NCBI RefSeq assembly: GCF_021869535.1
Contig: NW_026262686.1
Coordinates: forward strand, 1,860,001-1,924,000
Direction: 5' to 3'
DNA from: Mytilus californianus
Lineage: Eukaryota
DNA: 64,000 nucleotides
Both the position numbers and the translations under genes were made by a program. The notes under the pieces are model-generated. The model saw only the letters and a program-made list of their open reading frames with translations, was not told the origin of the DNA and did no database searches. Positions 1-13,845 of this stretch are shown piece by piece; within the stretch, counting starts at the first letter, position 1, and each line of letters begins with the position of its first letter.

Positions 1-707
1 CTTAGAAGTAAGGTTTATAGTAAAATCATTGTTACATGATTAGTGAAATATAGTGAATTTTACTTACAAGTAAGAATTATAATAAAACCATTGTTAAATG
101 GTCATTATTGATTTGTCCTTACATTTGTACGAAACACAATATGTCGACTTATAATCAAAGTACTGAAGTACTGAACATCGCTTTATGTCGACTTGTAAAA
201 ATAACTTCAAGAAATATCTAAATGAACTGTAAAACAAGAAGTCTGCTGCTTAACTCACAGGAATTTTGTTCATCGAACCCTCTTTCTTTCCTTTTTAAAA
301 AATTTATTTTGGTGTTTTTATTAAATTGAAATTTCTTAAATATTTCAAATTGTTTTTAGTTAATGTGTTCTTGGTCCTATTCATACGATCATACAATAAC
401 AGAAAATCGTATGAAAACGAGAAAGAACACAACAATTAAATGAAAATAAGTTGAGATTAGAAGGAGTTTTGTTTCTGAAATAATAATTTAAACACTAAGA
501 AAAAAGAAAAAAAGGAGCATGCCCAAAACGCCTGTTTCAGTTACGGACGAAAAAGTCGACAAGATAAAACGCTCTAAATTCATTCTAGAGAAAGCAAGAT
601 AACAAATACACCAAGATTCAGACAATATGTAAAGATAAAGGAATCAGTTAGAAACTCGTGCCGGTTTGGGTTCGGAGAATGAGTTGTGTTCTCCTGCGAA
701 GAAATAC

Positions 708-875
708 CTATATGGTCTAAATACTCATATGGTCTTGCCCGTTGATGACCAAACGAGTATAATACTCATATGGTCCGACCATACCCGTATGATCGGATCA
801 TATGAGTATACGCATATATATGGTCATGACCATACGCGTATGGTTCAAATACTCATATGGTCCGGAACATATACA
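708..875. repeat. Degenerate short-repeat/palindrome cluster, probably a transposon remnant
   Basis: tactcatatggtc repeated three times; perfect 16-bp palindrome accatacgcgtatggt at 829-844. Confidence 0.45.
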
Positions 876-1374
876 TGTATTTTCCATATTTTGCACATTT
901 AGCTAACATGCTGACGACTTAGCTTTTTATATTTTTTATTCATTATTGACAGATGTATTTGAATATTATCATAGTTTATCATGAAAATGAAAATGTCTTA
1001 ATGAAGTTTCCTCTAAAAAAAATAATAAAAAAGTTCAATAATTAAATTTTTCAATCTAGTTTTATAGATGAAAATATCAAATTTACAATTAAATCCATGA
1101 ATTTATATTTTAGTTTGGATTATCGCCTAAATAACAGGATATAAAACTGTCGATGATGTAAAATGTATATCCTTTGCAATATAATATAAATCTCACACAT
1201 AATTAGACCTGACAATATAATATAAATCTCGCACATAATGAGACCTAATTGAAATCAAAACAAAGTCTGTATGTCATTGATTACACGTTTTTCTTATCAT
1301 CTAACTAGTGTAAACAAGAAGCAGTTAAGAATTATTTATTGTCTATAATCTTAATTTATTAATAATAAATAGAT

Positions 1375-4300
1375 TAAGACAGATTAACAATACCCTATAC
1401 TTAGTCTTACCCTTAGATAGATTAGCATGGCCCTATACTTAGTCTTACCCTAAGACAGATTAACATGGCCCTATACTTAGTCTTACCCTAAGACAGATTA
1501 ACAATGCCCTATACTTAGTCTTACCCTAAGACAGATTAGCATGGACCTATACTTAGTCTTACCCTAAGACAGATTAACAATGCCCTATACTTAGTCTTAC
1601 CCTGAGACAGATTAACAATACCCTATACTTAGTCTTACCCTAAGATAGATTAACAATGTCCTATACTTAGTCTTACCCTAAGATAGATTAGCATGGCCCT
1701 ATACTTAGTCTTACCCTGAGACAGATTAACATAGCCCTATACTTAGTTTTACCCTAAGACAGATTAACATGGCCCTATACTTAGTCTTACCCTAAAACAG
1801 ATTAACATTGACCTATACTTAGTCTTACCCTAAAACAGATTTTAATTGCCCTATACTTAGTCTTATCATAAGAAAGATTTTAATTGCCCTATACTTAGTC
1901 TTATCATAAGACAGATTTTAATTGCCCTATACTTAGTCTTATCATAAGAAAGATTTTAATTGCCCTATACTTAGTCTTATCATAAGACAGATTTTAATTG
2001 CCCTATACTTAGTCTTACCCTAAAACAGATTAACATGGCCCTATACTTAGTCTTACCCTAAGACAGATTAACAATGCCCTATACTTAGTCTTACCCTAAG
2101 ACAGATTAACAATGCCCTATACTTAGTCTTACCTTAAGACAGATTAACAATGCCCTATACTTAGTCTTACCCTAAGACAGATTAACAATTCCCTATACTT
2201 AGTCTTACCCTAAAACAGATTAACAATGCCCTATACTTAGTCTTACCCTAAGACAGATTAACAATGCCCTATACTTAGTCTTACCCTAAGACAGATTAAC
2301 AAATGCCCTATACTTAGTCTTACCCTAAGACAGATTAACAACGCCCTATACTTAGTCTTACCCTAAAACAGATTAACAATGCCCTATACTTAGTCTTACC
2401 CTAAGACAGATTAACAATGCCCTTTCCTTAGTCTTACCCTAAGACAGATTAACAATGCCCTATACTTAGTCTTACCCTAAAACAGATTAGAATTGCCCTA
2501 TACTTAGTCTTACCCTAAGACAGATTAACAATGCCCTATACTTAGTCTTACCCTAAGACAGATTAACAATGCCCTATACTTAGTCTTACCCTAAAACAGA
2601 TTAACAATGCCCTATACTTAGTCTTACCCTAAGACAGATTAGAATTGCCCTATACTTAGTTTTACCCTAAGACAAATTAACAATGCCCTATACTTAGTCT
2701 TATCCTTAGACAGATTAACAATGACCTATACTTAGTCTTACCCTAAGACAGATTAACAATGCCCTATACTTAGTCTTATCCTAAGACAGATTAACAATGC
2801 CCAATACTTAGTCTTACCCTAAAACAGCCTAAGACAGATTAACAAATAATGTCCTATACTTAGTCTTATCCTTAGACAGATTAACAACGCCCTATACTTA
2901 GTCTTACCCTAAGACAGATTAACAATGACCTATACTTAGTCTTACCCTAAAACAGCCTAAGACAGATTAACAATGTCCTATACTTAGTCTTATCCTTAGA
3001 CAGATTAACAACGCCCTAAACTTAGTCTTACCCTAAGACAGATTAACATTGACCTATAATTAGTCTTACCCTAAAACAGATTAACAATGCCCTATACTTA
3101 GTCTTACCCTAAGACAGATTAACAATGCCCTATACTTAGTCTTACCCTAAGACAGATTAACATGGCCCTATACTTAGCCTTGCCCTAAAACAGATTAACA
3201 ATGCCCTATACTTAGTCTTACCCTAAAACAGATTTACAATGCCCTATACTTAGTCTTACCCTAAGACAGATTAACAATGCCCTATACTTAGTCTTACCCT
3301 AAGACAGATTAACAATGCCCTATACTTAGTCTTACCCTAAGACAGATTAACATGGCCCTATACTTAGTCTTACCCTAAAACAGATTAACATTGACCTATA
3401 CTTAGTCTTACCCTAAAACAGATTAACAATGCCCTATACTTAGTCTTACCCTAAGACAGATTAACAATGCCCTATACTTAGTCTTACCCTAAAACAGATT
3501 AACAATGCCCTATACTTAGTCTTACCCTAAAACAGATTAACAATGCCCTATACTTAGTCTTACCCTAAAACAGATTAGAATTGCCCTATACTTAGTCTTA
3601 CCCTAAAACAGATTAACAACGCCCTATACTTAGTTTTACCCTAAGACAGATTAACAATGCCCTATACTTAGTCTTATCCTAAGACAGATTAACAATGCCC
3701 AATACTTAGTCTTACCCTAAAACAGCCTAAGACAGATTAACAATGTCCTATACTTAGTCTTATCCTTAGACAGATTAACAACGCCCTATACTTAGTCTTA
3801 CCCTAAGACAGATTAACAATGACCTATACTTAGTCTTACCCTAAGACAGATTAACAATGCCCTATACTTAGTCTTATCCTAAGACAGATTAACAATGCCC
3901 AATACTTAGTCTTACCCTAAAACAGCCTAAGACAGATTAACAATGTCCTATACTTAGTCTTATCCTTAGACAGACTAACAACGCCCTATACTTAGTCTTA
4001 CCCTAAGACAGATTAACAACGCCCTATACTTAGTCTTACCCTAAGACAGATTAACAAATGCCCTATACTTAGTCTTACCCTAAGACAGATTAACAATGCC
4101 CAATACTTAGTCTTACCCTAAAACAGCCCAAGACAGATTAACAATGTCCTATACTTAGTCTTATCCTTAGACAGATTAATAACGCCCTATACTTAGTCTT
4201 AACCTAAGACAGATTAATAAATGCCCTATACTTAGTCTTACCCTAAGATAGATTAGCATGGCCCTATACTTAGTCTTACCCTAAGACAGATTAACAAATG

Positions 4301-5346
4301 CCCTATACTTAGTCTTACCCTAAGACAGATTAACAAATGTCCTATACTTAGTCTTACCCTAAGACAGATTAACAACGCCCTATACTTAGTCTTACCCTAA
4401 GACAGTTTAACAAATGCCCTATACTTAGTCTTACCCTAAGACAGATTAACAATGCCCAATACTTAGTCTTACCCTAAAACAGCCTAAGACAGATTAACAA
4501 TGTCCTATACTTAGTCTTATCCTTAGACAGATTAACAACGCCCTATACTTAGTCTTACCCTAAGACAGATTAGCAAATTCCCTATACTTAGTCTTACCCT
4601 AAGACAGATTAACAACGCCCTATACTTAGTCTTACCCTAAGACAGATTAACATGGACCTATACTTAGTCTTACCCTGAGACAGATTAACAATGCCCTATA
4701 CTTAGTCTTACCCTAAGACAGATTAACAATGCCCTATACTTAGTCTTACCCTAAGACAGATTAGCATGGACCTATACTTAGTCTTACCCTAAGACAGATT
4801 AGAATTGCCCTATACTTAGTCTTACCCTAAAACACATTAACAATGCCCTATACTTAGTCTTACCCTGAGACTGATTAACAACGCCCTATACTTAGTCTTA
4901 CCCTAAGACAGATTAACAACGCCCTATACTTAGTCTTACCCTAAGACAGATTAGCATGGCCCTATACTTAGTCTTACCCTGAGACAGATTAACAATGCCC
5001 TATACTTAGTCTTACCCTGAGACAGATTAACAATGCCCTATACTTAGTCTTACCCTAAGACAGATTAGCATGGCCCTATACTTAGTCTTACCCTAAGACA
5101 GATTAACATGGCCCTATACTTAGTCTTACCCTAAGACACATTAACAATGCCCTATACTTAGTCTTACCCTAAGACAGATTAACAAATGCCCTATACTTAG
5201 GCTTACCCTAAGACAGATTAACAATGCCCTATACTTAGTCTTACCCTAAGACAGATTAACAACGCCCTATACTTAGTCTTACCCTAAGACTGATTAACAA
5301 TGCCCTATACTTAGTCTTATCCTAAGATAGATTAGAATTGACCTAT
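1375..5346. repeat. 38-bp satellite, about 104 copies, with local higher-order repeats of about 200 bp
   Basis: Unit gccctatacttagtcttaccctaagacagattaacaat; variant aaaacagcctaagac recurs at 2821, 2949, 3719, 3919, 4120 and about 4476. Confidence 0.97.
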
Positions 5347-6469
5347 ATGGAGATAATAGATGACAGTAAATATCAGAGGCGTAGCCAGACATTAAATGAA
5401 CTGTAGGCACAATTTACGACAGGGGGTCTGGGGATGAAGTCCTCCGACGAAAAGCGGTTTTCAGAATTTCTAGATGCAAAATTTTCGATTTTGGTGTACA
5501 CAAAACATAAAATTTACTGGTCATTTTATCGTGAAATAAATTCATGAAAAAGGTTCTAAGTATAATAATTCCATAATTTCATAATTACATCTGAATGATG
5601 AAAGACTGTCCAAAAATGATTTTCAATATTTACATAATATGTTTTAATTTTTAATAGATTAGTTGATTAAAACTTTCTTAAAGAAAAAAAAACAAAATGG
5701 AAAGTGAAAAAAATTGTTTTGTCCCGAGAAAAATAGCAAACCCCAACTCAAATTTGGTTGTTTGTTCATACTATCAAAGTAAACACAATTTACAAAATTA
5801 TATATTTTCTGCTTTTATGTACTTACCTGCTTGGGAATTTGAACAAATGAGGGTCATTCTACTATGTAGATTACAGTTTTTGTTTTATTGTGTCATCCAT
5901 ATCATGTCAGGGTATCGGACTTAGCTGTCCCTGCATCACTTAAGTCAGTATGGCTCTCATCTATTTCAACTGTTTCGTCCTTTTCATCACTAGTACGTAT
6001 TTGATTTGATATCGTTTAACTTTCCGAAGATTCACTTTGTTTTACTTTTTTAAACATCTATTTTTTAGTTTATGTTTTACTTAAGGTTCGAACGTGGAAA
6101 GAATCTAAAAGTTAGATGATTAAGGACATAATGATCAAGTTCATGAAAAGTAAAAAAAAAATCTCAGAGGGACACAAATTGCGTTTAAAAATAATGCGTA
6201 GGTACGTGCCTATAGTACCTAACGGCAGCTACCCCCTGATTGCCAATGAGACAACTATCCAATGAAGTGGATGTAAGCAATTATAGGCAACTGTACGGCC
6301 TTCAACAATGAGAAACCCCTTACAGTATAGTCAGCTATAAAAGGCACCGACATGAAAAATATGAAATAATTCAATTGAGAAAACTTACGGTCTTATTTAT
6401 AACAAAACAATTAACGAAAAACAAATATGAAAGACATGAACCAACGACTACTGAACTTGGGACAGGCAT

Positions 6470-6975
6470 ATATTATTATATGTATTTAGAAGCTAAGGCA
6501 GTAAGCATGAGCCACCCGCATAATCTACATTATATGTAATTAGAAGGCAGTGAGCATGAGCCACATGACCTATATTATATGCAATTAGAAGGCATTAAGC
6601 ATGAGTCACATGACCTATATTATATGTAATTAGAAGGCAGTGAGCACGAGCCACATGACCTATATTATATGCAATTAGAAGGCAGTAAGCATGAGTCACT
6701 TGACCTATATTAGATGTAATTAGAAGGCAGTAACCATGAGCCGCATGACCTATATTATATATAATCAGAAAGCAGTAACAATGAGCCTCCCGAATGGCCT
6801 ATTTTATATGTAATAAGAAAGCAGTAAGTATGAGTCGCATGACCTATATTGTATGTAACTAGAAGGTAGTAACCATGAGTCGTCCGCATGACCTTAATAT
6901 TATATGTAATTAGAAAGCAGTAAGCATGAGTCGCATGACCTATACTATATGTAATTAGAAGGTAGTAAGAAATTA
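6470..6975. repeat. 45-bp tandem repeat, about 11 diverged copies
   Basis: Unit tatattatatgtaattagaaggcagtaagcatgagccacatgacc. Confidence 0.9.
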
Positions 6976-7654
6976 GAAAAGTTAGGAAAATAACAGCCGT
7001 ATTTTACGTGCTAAATGATCTATTTCAAGCATAAAAAATGCCAAAAGGTTTACAATTAAAATTCTAATATATCACCACCGATATATAACATAAATCCGAC
7101 CATAGTAATTAGTATGTCTTAACGGAAGTGCTCGCGGAGATATTGTTTTTTTTTTAGATACATACATTTGATATAACTACCAGTAAATTTCACATATATA
7201 CGTCAATAAGAATTTATATTTAGAAATTTCAATGTATCTAAGTAATGTTTTCTTGGTTTTGTGCACTGAACAGAAAAAAAGCACACACATTTATCAGAAA
7301 ACATAGCAAAATTATCTGGTATATTTTTTGTCATCCCATGATCGAGAGAAAACATCTACGTCATTTGGGATATGGATGATAGTTGTCTCATTGACAATCG
7401 TACCACATCTTTTTATTTTATTTGATATAAGTAAAGGAGATGCCAGGTAAAAGGCAGTAGGGCCGTAAACAAATGACACACATCTACAGGTCTTCAACCA
7501 TAAATAGGTGTTATGTCAAGTTCTTATTCGTCCCAGAGACATATGTGTATATATGTCTCTGTTCGTCCCTAGAATAAAAAAAAATCTTGAATAGGTTCAA
7601 CATAGACTAACAAAGATCTGTAATCAACATCCGATCCATAAAATGAAACAAAAC

Positions 7655-9262
7655 CTGATGATCCTGAGTTGGGACGGACCGATAGGATTGGTACTTTAGT
7701 CTGGTAGAACATGATGATCCTGACTTGGGACGGACCGATAGGATTGGTACTTTAGTCTGGTAGAACATGATGATCCTGACTTGGACGGACCGATAGGATT
7801 GGTACTTTCGTCTGGCAGAACATGAAAATCCTGACTTGGGATGGACCAATAGCATTAGTACTTTAGTCTGGCAGAACATGATGATCCTGACTTGGGACGG
7901 ACCAATAGCATTGGTACTTTAGTCTGGCAGAACATGATGATGATCCTGACTTGGGATGGACCGATAGGATTGGTACTTTAGTCTGGCAGAACATGATGAT
8001 CCTGACTTGGGATGGACCGATAGGATTGGTACTTTAGTCTGGCAGAACATGATGATCCTGACTTGGGATAGACCGATAGGATTGGTACTTTCTGGCACAA
8101 CATGATGATCCTGACTTGGGACGGACCAATAGGATTGGTACTTTCTGGCAGAACACGATGATCCTGACTTGGGATGGACCGATAGGATTGGTACTTTAGT
8201 CTGGCAGAACATGATGATCCTGACTTGGGACGGACCGATAGGATTGGTACTTTAGTCTGGCAGAACATGATGATCCTGACTTGGGATGGACCGATAGGAT
8301 TGGTACTTTAGTCTGGCAGAACATGAGGATCCTGACTTGGGACAGACCGATAGGATTGGTACTTTAGTCTGGCAGAACATGATGATCCTGACTTGGGATG
8401 GACCGATAGGATTGGTACTTTCTGTCAGAACACGATGATCCTGACTTGGGACGGACCAATAGGATTGGTACTTTAGTCTTGCAGAACATGATGATCCTGA
8501 CTTGGGACGGACCGATAGGATTGGTACTTTCTGTCAGAACACGATGATCCTGACTTGGGACGGACCAATAGGATTGGTACTTTAGTCTGGCAGAACATGA
8601 TGATCCTGACTTGGGACGGACCAATAGGATTGATACTTTAGTCTGGCAGAACATGATGATCCTGACTTGGACGGACCGATAGGATTGGTACTTTAGTCTG
8701 GCAGAACCTAATGATCCTGACTTGGGACGGACCAATAGGATTGGTACTTTAGTCTGGCAGAACATGATCATCCTGACTTGGACGGACCGATAGAATTGGT
8801 ACTTTAGTCTGGCAGAACATGATCATCCTTACTTGGACGGACCGATAGGATTGGTACTTTAGTCTGGCAGAACATGATAACCCTGACTTGGACGGAACGA
8901 TAGGATTGGTACTTTCTGGCACAATATGATGATCCTGACTTGGGACGGACCGATAGGATTGGTACTTTAGTCTGGCAGAACATGAGGATCCTGACTTGGG
9001 ATGGACCGATAGGATTGGTACTTTAGTCTGGCAGAACATGATGATCCTGACTTGGGACGGACCAATAGGATTGGTACTTTAGTCTGGCAGAACATGATAA
9101 CCCTGACTTGGACGGACCGATAGGATTGGTACTTTCTGGCACAACATGATGATCCTGACTTGGGACGGACCGATAGGATTGGTACTTTAGTCTGGCAGAA
9201 CATGAGGATCCTGACTTGGGACGGACCGATAGGATTGGTACTTTAGTCTGGCAGAACATGAT
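7655..9262. repeat. 56-bp tandem repeat with shorter variants, about 29 copies
   Basis: Unit gatcctgacttgggacggaccgataggattggtactttagtctggcagaacatgat. Confidence 0.95.
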
Positions 9263-9402
9263 TTATTTATTAGTTGGTTTTGAACTAGCTTTCAATAACT
9301 GCGAGTACTCTTAGATCGGTATTTTCTGTCTTTTACCTTTTAGTTTTAGTGATGAGTTGATATGAACAAAGTGTAGTTGTCAGCCGAGAACCAGCTTACA
9401 CC

Positions 9403-9658
9403 GTTCTATAGTATCGAATTTTCATACAACAACGTTCTAAATAGTATAGCGTTTTCATACAACAACGTTCTAAATAGTATAGCGTTTTCATACAACAACG
9501 TTCTTAATAGTATAGCGTTTTCATACAACAACGTTCTAAATGGTATAGCGTTTTCATACAACAACGTTCTAAATAGTATAATAGCGTTTTCATACAACAA
9601 CGTTCTAAATACTATAGAGTTTTCATACAACAACGTTCTAAATAGTAGAGTTTTCACT
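9403..9658. repeat. 33-bp tandem repeat, about 8 copies
   Basis: Unit atagcgttttcatacaacaacgttctaaatagt. Confidence 0.93.
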
Positions 9659-10994
9659 CAGTAACTTCCTCGTTGAAATGTTTCTTTGCAGAGGATATTG
9701 TGAAACTATTTTTTTCCTAGTCCATGGTGATGTCAATACTATTGAAACAATTGGTTCTTCCAATCTTTTCACAAGTATTCCTCATTCCGGCAAACTGAAA
9801 GAATGAAGGATACATCGAACAGAAGGGACAATTCTTTGTTATAGTCTAGTCAATTTAGTGAACAACCTGCAACTAATTGCAACACAAAGTTTTTCTCTGA
9901 AAAACAAGTCTGTTACTATCTATGAACAACATACTAAAACTATACTAAAATATATGTTGCGGAAAGTGGTGTAATTCATGTAATTATTTTGTAGTAAAAG
10001 TAAGGTTGTATGAGTTGCTTCCCCTTATTTGCCAAAGTTGAAAAAAATAAATTTATACAAAAAATGTTCTGTATTTTTTAAAACAGTTGTAGTAATACAA
10101 TACAATACATAATCATCTCAATTCAAAAGAATAATATTACAAATGCATCACTTTCCTGTCTCAAAATTTGTATATTTGAATAAAGATATAGACCGAGATT
10201 GTGTTCTGCTATTTTACAATCCAAGAATCTAATTCTCCTTCACAGTGTTGGTATGAAACCTATAAATGGATAACTGTACTGAGTTAGATTAGACAACTTA
10301 GTCACAATCCTATTCGGTATTTGAAAGAATTCTGCCCCTGTGTTAAAGGCTGCCAGACAGTTAATTTTTAGATGGCGGAGGGTTCTCGAAACACATGTTT
10401 TGTCCTTTATAATAAAACATTTTTTATTCATTTTCCTTCTTGAACAAACATGTTAAGATTTAGAATCCAACAATTTTGTTCATAAAGAAAAATAAGATTG
10501 ATAAGTGTTTAATGATTGTATGTTAAATACTTTTTCACAAATGAAAATTTCAGGCTCCTCGAAGCAAATAGCTACTCGTGTAATTAGCGACGATCTCAGT
10601 ACTCACACACCAGCGCTGTAACACTGAATCCACTTCCCATTGGTTGCTAATCGGATGTGTAATGATTTATATTTAAGTCGGTGCCAACAGTATTTATTCA
10701 TCAACTGTAGTGTAATTTGCTTTGAACTAGCTATTAGAACTCAATGTCATTTTGTTAATTGGTTATATACTCCATGCTGATCTTTTTGAGTCGAACCCTT
10801 TCCTTCTGAGTTTTACAATTTGTTCTTATGTTGTTTGCTATTTCAAAACTGTTCCTGATTATGGGAGGGCTGAGTACTCACAAACATGGTTAACCCTGCA
10901 CACTATGAATATTATTATCACAAGTAAGTGGCCCTTTATTACTTGGTAGTTAGTGTTTGCTGTTGGTCATATTTGTTTTTCCATTTATTGTCTT

Positions 10995-11187
10995 AAAAGA
11001 GGGACTAAAGATACCAGAGGGACAGTCAAACTCATAGATCGAAAACAAACTGACAACGCCATGGCTAAAAATAAAAAGACAAACAGACAAATAAAAGTAC
11101 AGATGACACAACATAGAAAACTAAAGACTAAGCAACACGAACCCCACCAAAAAAATGGGGGTGATCTCAGGTGCTCCGGAAGGGGGG
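10995..11187 (+). mobile_element. Interspersed repeat of about 190 bp (second copy at 21368-21555), unclassified/SINE-like
   Basis: Two near-identical copies: aaagataccagagggacagtcaaactcataga...ggggtgatctcaggtgctc. Confidence 0.7.
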
Positions 11188-11689
11188 AGATTTTACAATA
11201 AATTATGGTTTCACTGGCAAGTGATCAAACATACTACCAAGAGATCACTGAAAGAGTTTAGTGGACCTTAAAAGCTAAACATTAATATTCTTTAGGCAGG
11301 AGGTGTAGTTCTTTAAATATTTTTTTAGTTTTGTTCAAATGAGTTGAATACAGGCAGAGACATATATACACATATATATATATATCTGATACAGGTCAGC
11401 ACATTCCGGAAGCAGAAAACCGCGTTTTTAACATTGATATTAATTTCTGTAATAGAATATAATTATGAATAAAGAGAGATTTGAGGTTTTTAAAGTCAAT
11501 GAGAAAGCAACCCAAACGACTAACAAAAACCAACAGACATAATTTCAGATTAGACATGACTATCTAATCGCTATCTCTGACCATAAGTCACCCACTTTTT
11601 TACAGTTCTTAGGCTAAAGCTGATTACCTTTTATTAAATTAATTCAATGAGATATCTTAAAGAAGGAACTTGGTAATGCTTTTCTTTAT

Positions 11690-12470
11690 ATATATGGAAG
11701 ACTCTGAACCGCGATGGTACTCCGAACCGTGATGGTCACGCTAAAGTGTGATGGTTTGACGCTGAAGTGCGTTTTTCATCACGCTGAAGTGCGATGGTGG
11801 CATGTTGACGCTATCTTGTTGATAGCTACGCCGAAGTGCGATGGTGGAAACGCTGAAGTGCGATGGTCTACACAAACTACATTTTCATTTCTTTTCATGT
11901 CGATGTAGAAGTCAATTTGTATGTTAGCAGCAGTTTTCCAGGGTTTTAAGTTGATAAGGGGCTTATACACTTTAAATACTACGAGAAACGGGGAGGGTTG
12001 GTGGATATGGGAAATTTTTCCCTGTGTAGCGATTTTTTTTTTCGAAATCTTCAAAAGGTTCATTTTTACGTACGATGGAGCGTGACATTCTCTAAATACA
12101 CACGGGTCCGCAGACAGACTCTGTGTTATAATATTAAGGTAAACGAGGAACTCATGAGAGGATCAACGTAAAGATAAAATGTTAAAATACCTGTACAGAA
12201 TAACGCAGAATTATGTCCACATGTAGAAAATCAAAGAGGACGATCTCTCATTTAGTATGTAGACCATAATGAATGTAAATTAATTTATTAAATATTAAGA
12301 AAATCTACTTCTCATAATAATTGCACATCTGTAGATTTTAAACTAGTCATCACGCGTCAATTAGATCATCGCACATCAGCGAATGGACCATCACACTTCA
12401 GCGTAGACCATCGCACTTCAGCGTGACCATCGCACTTCAGCGTCCCCATCGCACCTCCGAGTCCTACATA
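11690..12470. mobile_element. Foldback-like element with inverted arrays of a 16-nt motif, inserted in (TA)n
   Basis: Left arm repeats gctgaagtgcgatggt, right arm repeats accatcgcacttcagc; (ta)n on both outer flanks. Confidence 0.6.
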
Positions 12471-13556
12471 TATATATATCTTTGACCATAATATTTTTAT
12501 ACAGCAGACAACCCATGTAAGTTATTGGTCATTATCATTTGATTAATGTTTCAGACCACCACATACAGGTTTACCGGGTACACACATAAGGCGCTGTAAC
12601 TATTAACACTTCCTCCGGGAAATGATCCCATCAATTCATTCAACAGTGCTTATCTCATTTTCAACATCCTAAATATGACCACTTTGGTACAATTACTATT
12701 TAAATTCAAGCTCTTGAGGTAACTTATAAATATATTGACAAAGCTTCCCTTGAAATTGCCTTAAAAATACCAGATCTACATTTCATTCTTATTCAGTGAA
12801 CTAGTATATGTTCCTGAATTTAAAAAAAATTATATAATGAAATAAAACGTGGATATTGATAAAGCTTGCTAAATAAAATTGGTCTGTGTTTAACTGTGAC
12901 TTTATGCAATTCAAATGTTGAAAAAGAAGCTAATGAAAAAATACACAGTAAAAGGACTACAATCAATGACGATGCAAGGACACTAGAAAAATAACTCTTC
13001 CAGCAATTAACATGACAAAATCAAAGTCAGTAACCAAACTGATTAACAGTTATTTTTGAACACAATCATTTTTTTGTTTATTATACCTACACGTATAATT
13101 ATAAATACATAACAGAAACATAAGATAAAAATTTCAAACTTCCACAAAATGCACTTTTTTAAAACTGAGTTTTACTGTGTGTTTATTTATTCTACATTGT
13201 CTAGAGAAACTAGGGGAGGGTTGAGTTCTCACACAACATGTTTTACCCCAGCCACATAATTATTGCACCTATCCCAAGTCAGGAACCTCTAGCTTTTGTT
13301 TATCTTGTGTTTTTTTTTTATAATTTTGATTCATTTGTATGTATTGGGGTTTCAAGCGTGATGTCCATTTCGCTGAACTAGCGTGCACAATAATTAAGGG
13401 GTCAGCTGAAGCCCACCTCATTGTGCCGGATTTACTTGCTATGTTAAAGACCCATTATAGTGGTCTTGTTTTCTCTTTGACACATTCCCTGTTTCCATTC
13501 TCCATTTTCGTTTTAAAAATCAAACTGGAAATAACCAAGATTTTAAAATTTTCATT

Positions 13557-13845
13557 TTTTATACCCCTCACATAGGGGTATTAATTATGTTTTTAGGTCT
13601 GTGCGTCCGTTTGTTCGTCCGTCTGTCCCGCTTCGATGATAGTTTTGTTAAAGTTTTTGGTCAAGGTAGTTTTTGATGAAGTTGAAGTCCAATCAACTTG
13701 AAACGTAGTACACATGTTCCCTATGATATTAACTTTCTAATTTTAATGCCAAATTAGAGTTTTGACCCCAATTTCACGGTCCACTGTACATAGAAAATGA
13801 TACTGCGGGTGGGGCATCCGTGTACTATGGACACATTCTTATTTT
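13557..13845 (-). mobile_element. Short HINE-like element
   Basis: Terminal hairpin atacccctcacataggggtat followed by a (gtcc)n-like microsatellite. Confidence 0.6.

Noticed and set aside
1375-5346. CRISPR array or telomere
   Set aside because: Units are head-to-tail with no unique spacers, no cas genes are present, the context is eukaryotic, and there is only one CCCTAA per 38 bp rather than a (TTAGGG)n run.
5905-6015. Acidic coding-like stretch on the minus strand (SDEKDETVEIDESHTDLSD)
   Set aside because: Bounded by in-frame stops, with no start codon or splice acceptor.
7607-9657. Repetitive ORFs over the 56-bp and 33-bp arrays
   Set aside because: Frame-hopping translations of tandem repeats with no recognisable protein.
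9680-9815. Minus-strand exon after ttctttcag (FAGMRNTCEKIGRTNCFNSIDITMD*)
   Set aside because: Short, closed by a stop, the other frames are closed, and I found no partner exon or recognisable homology.
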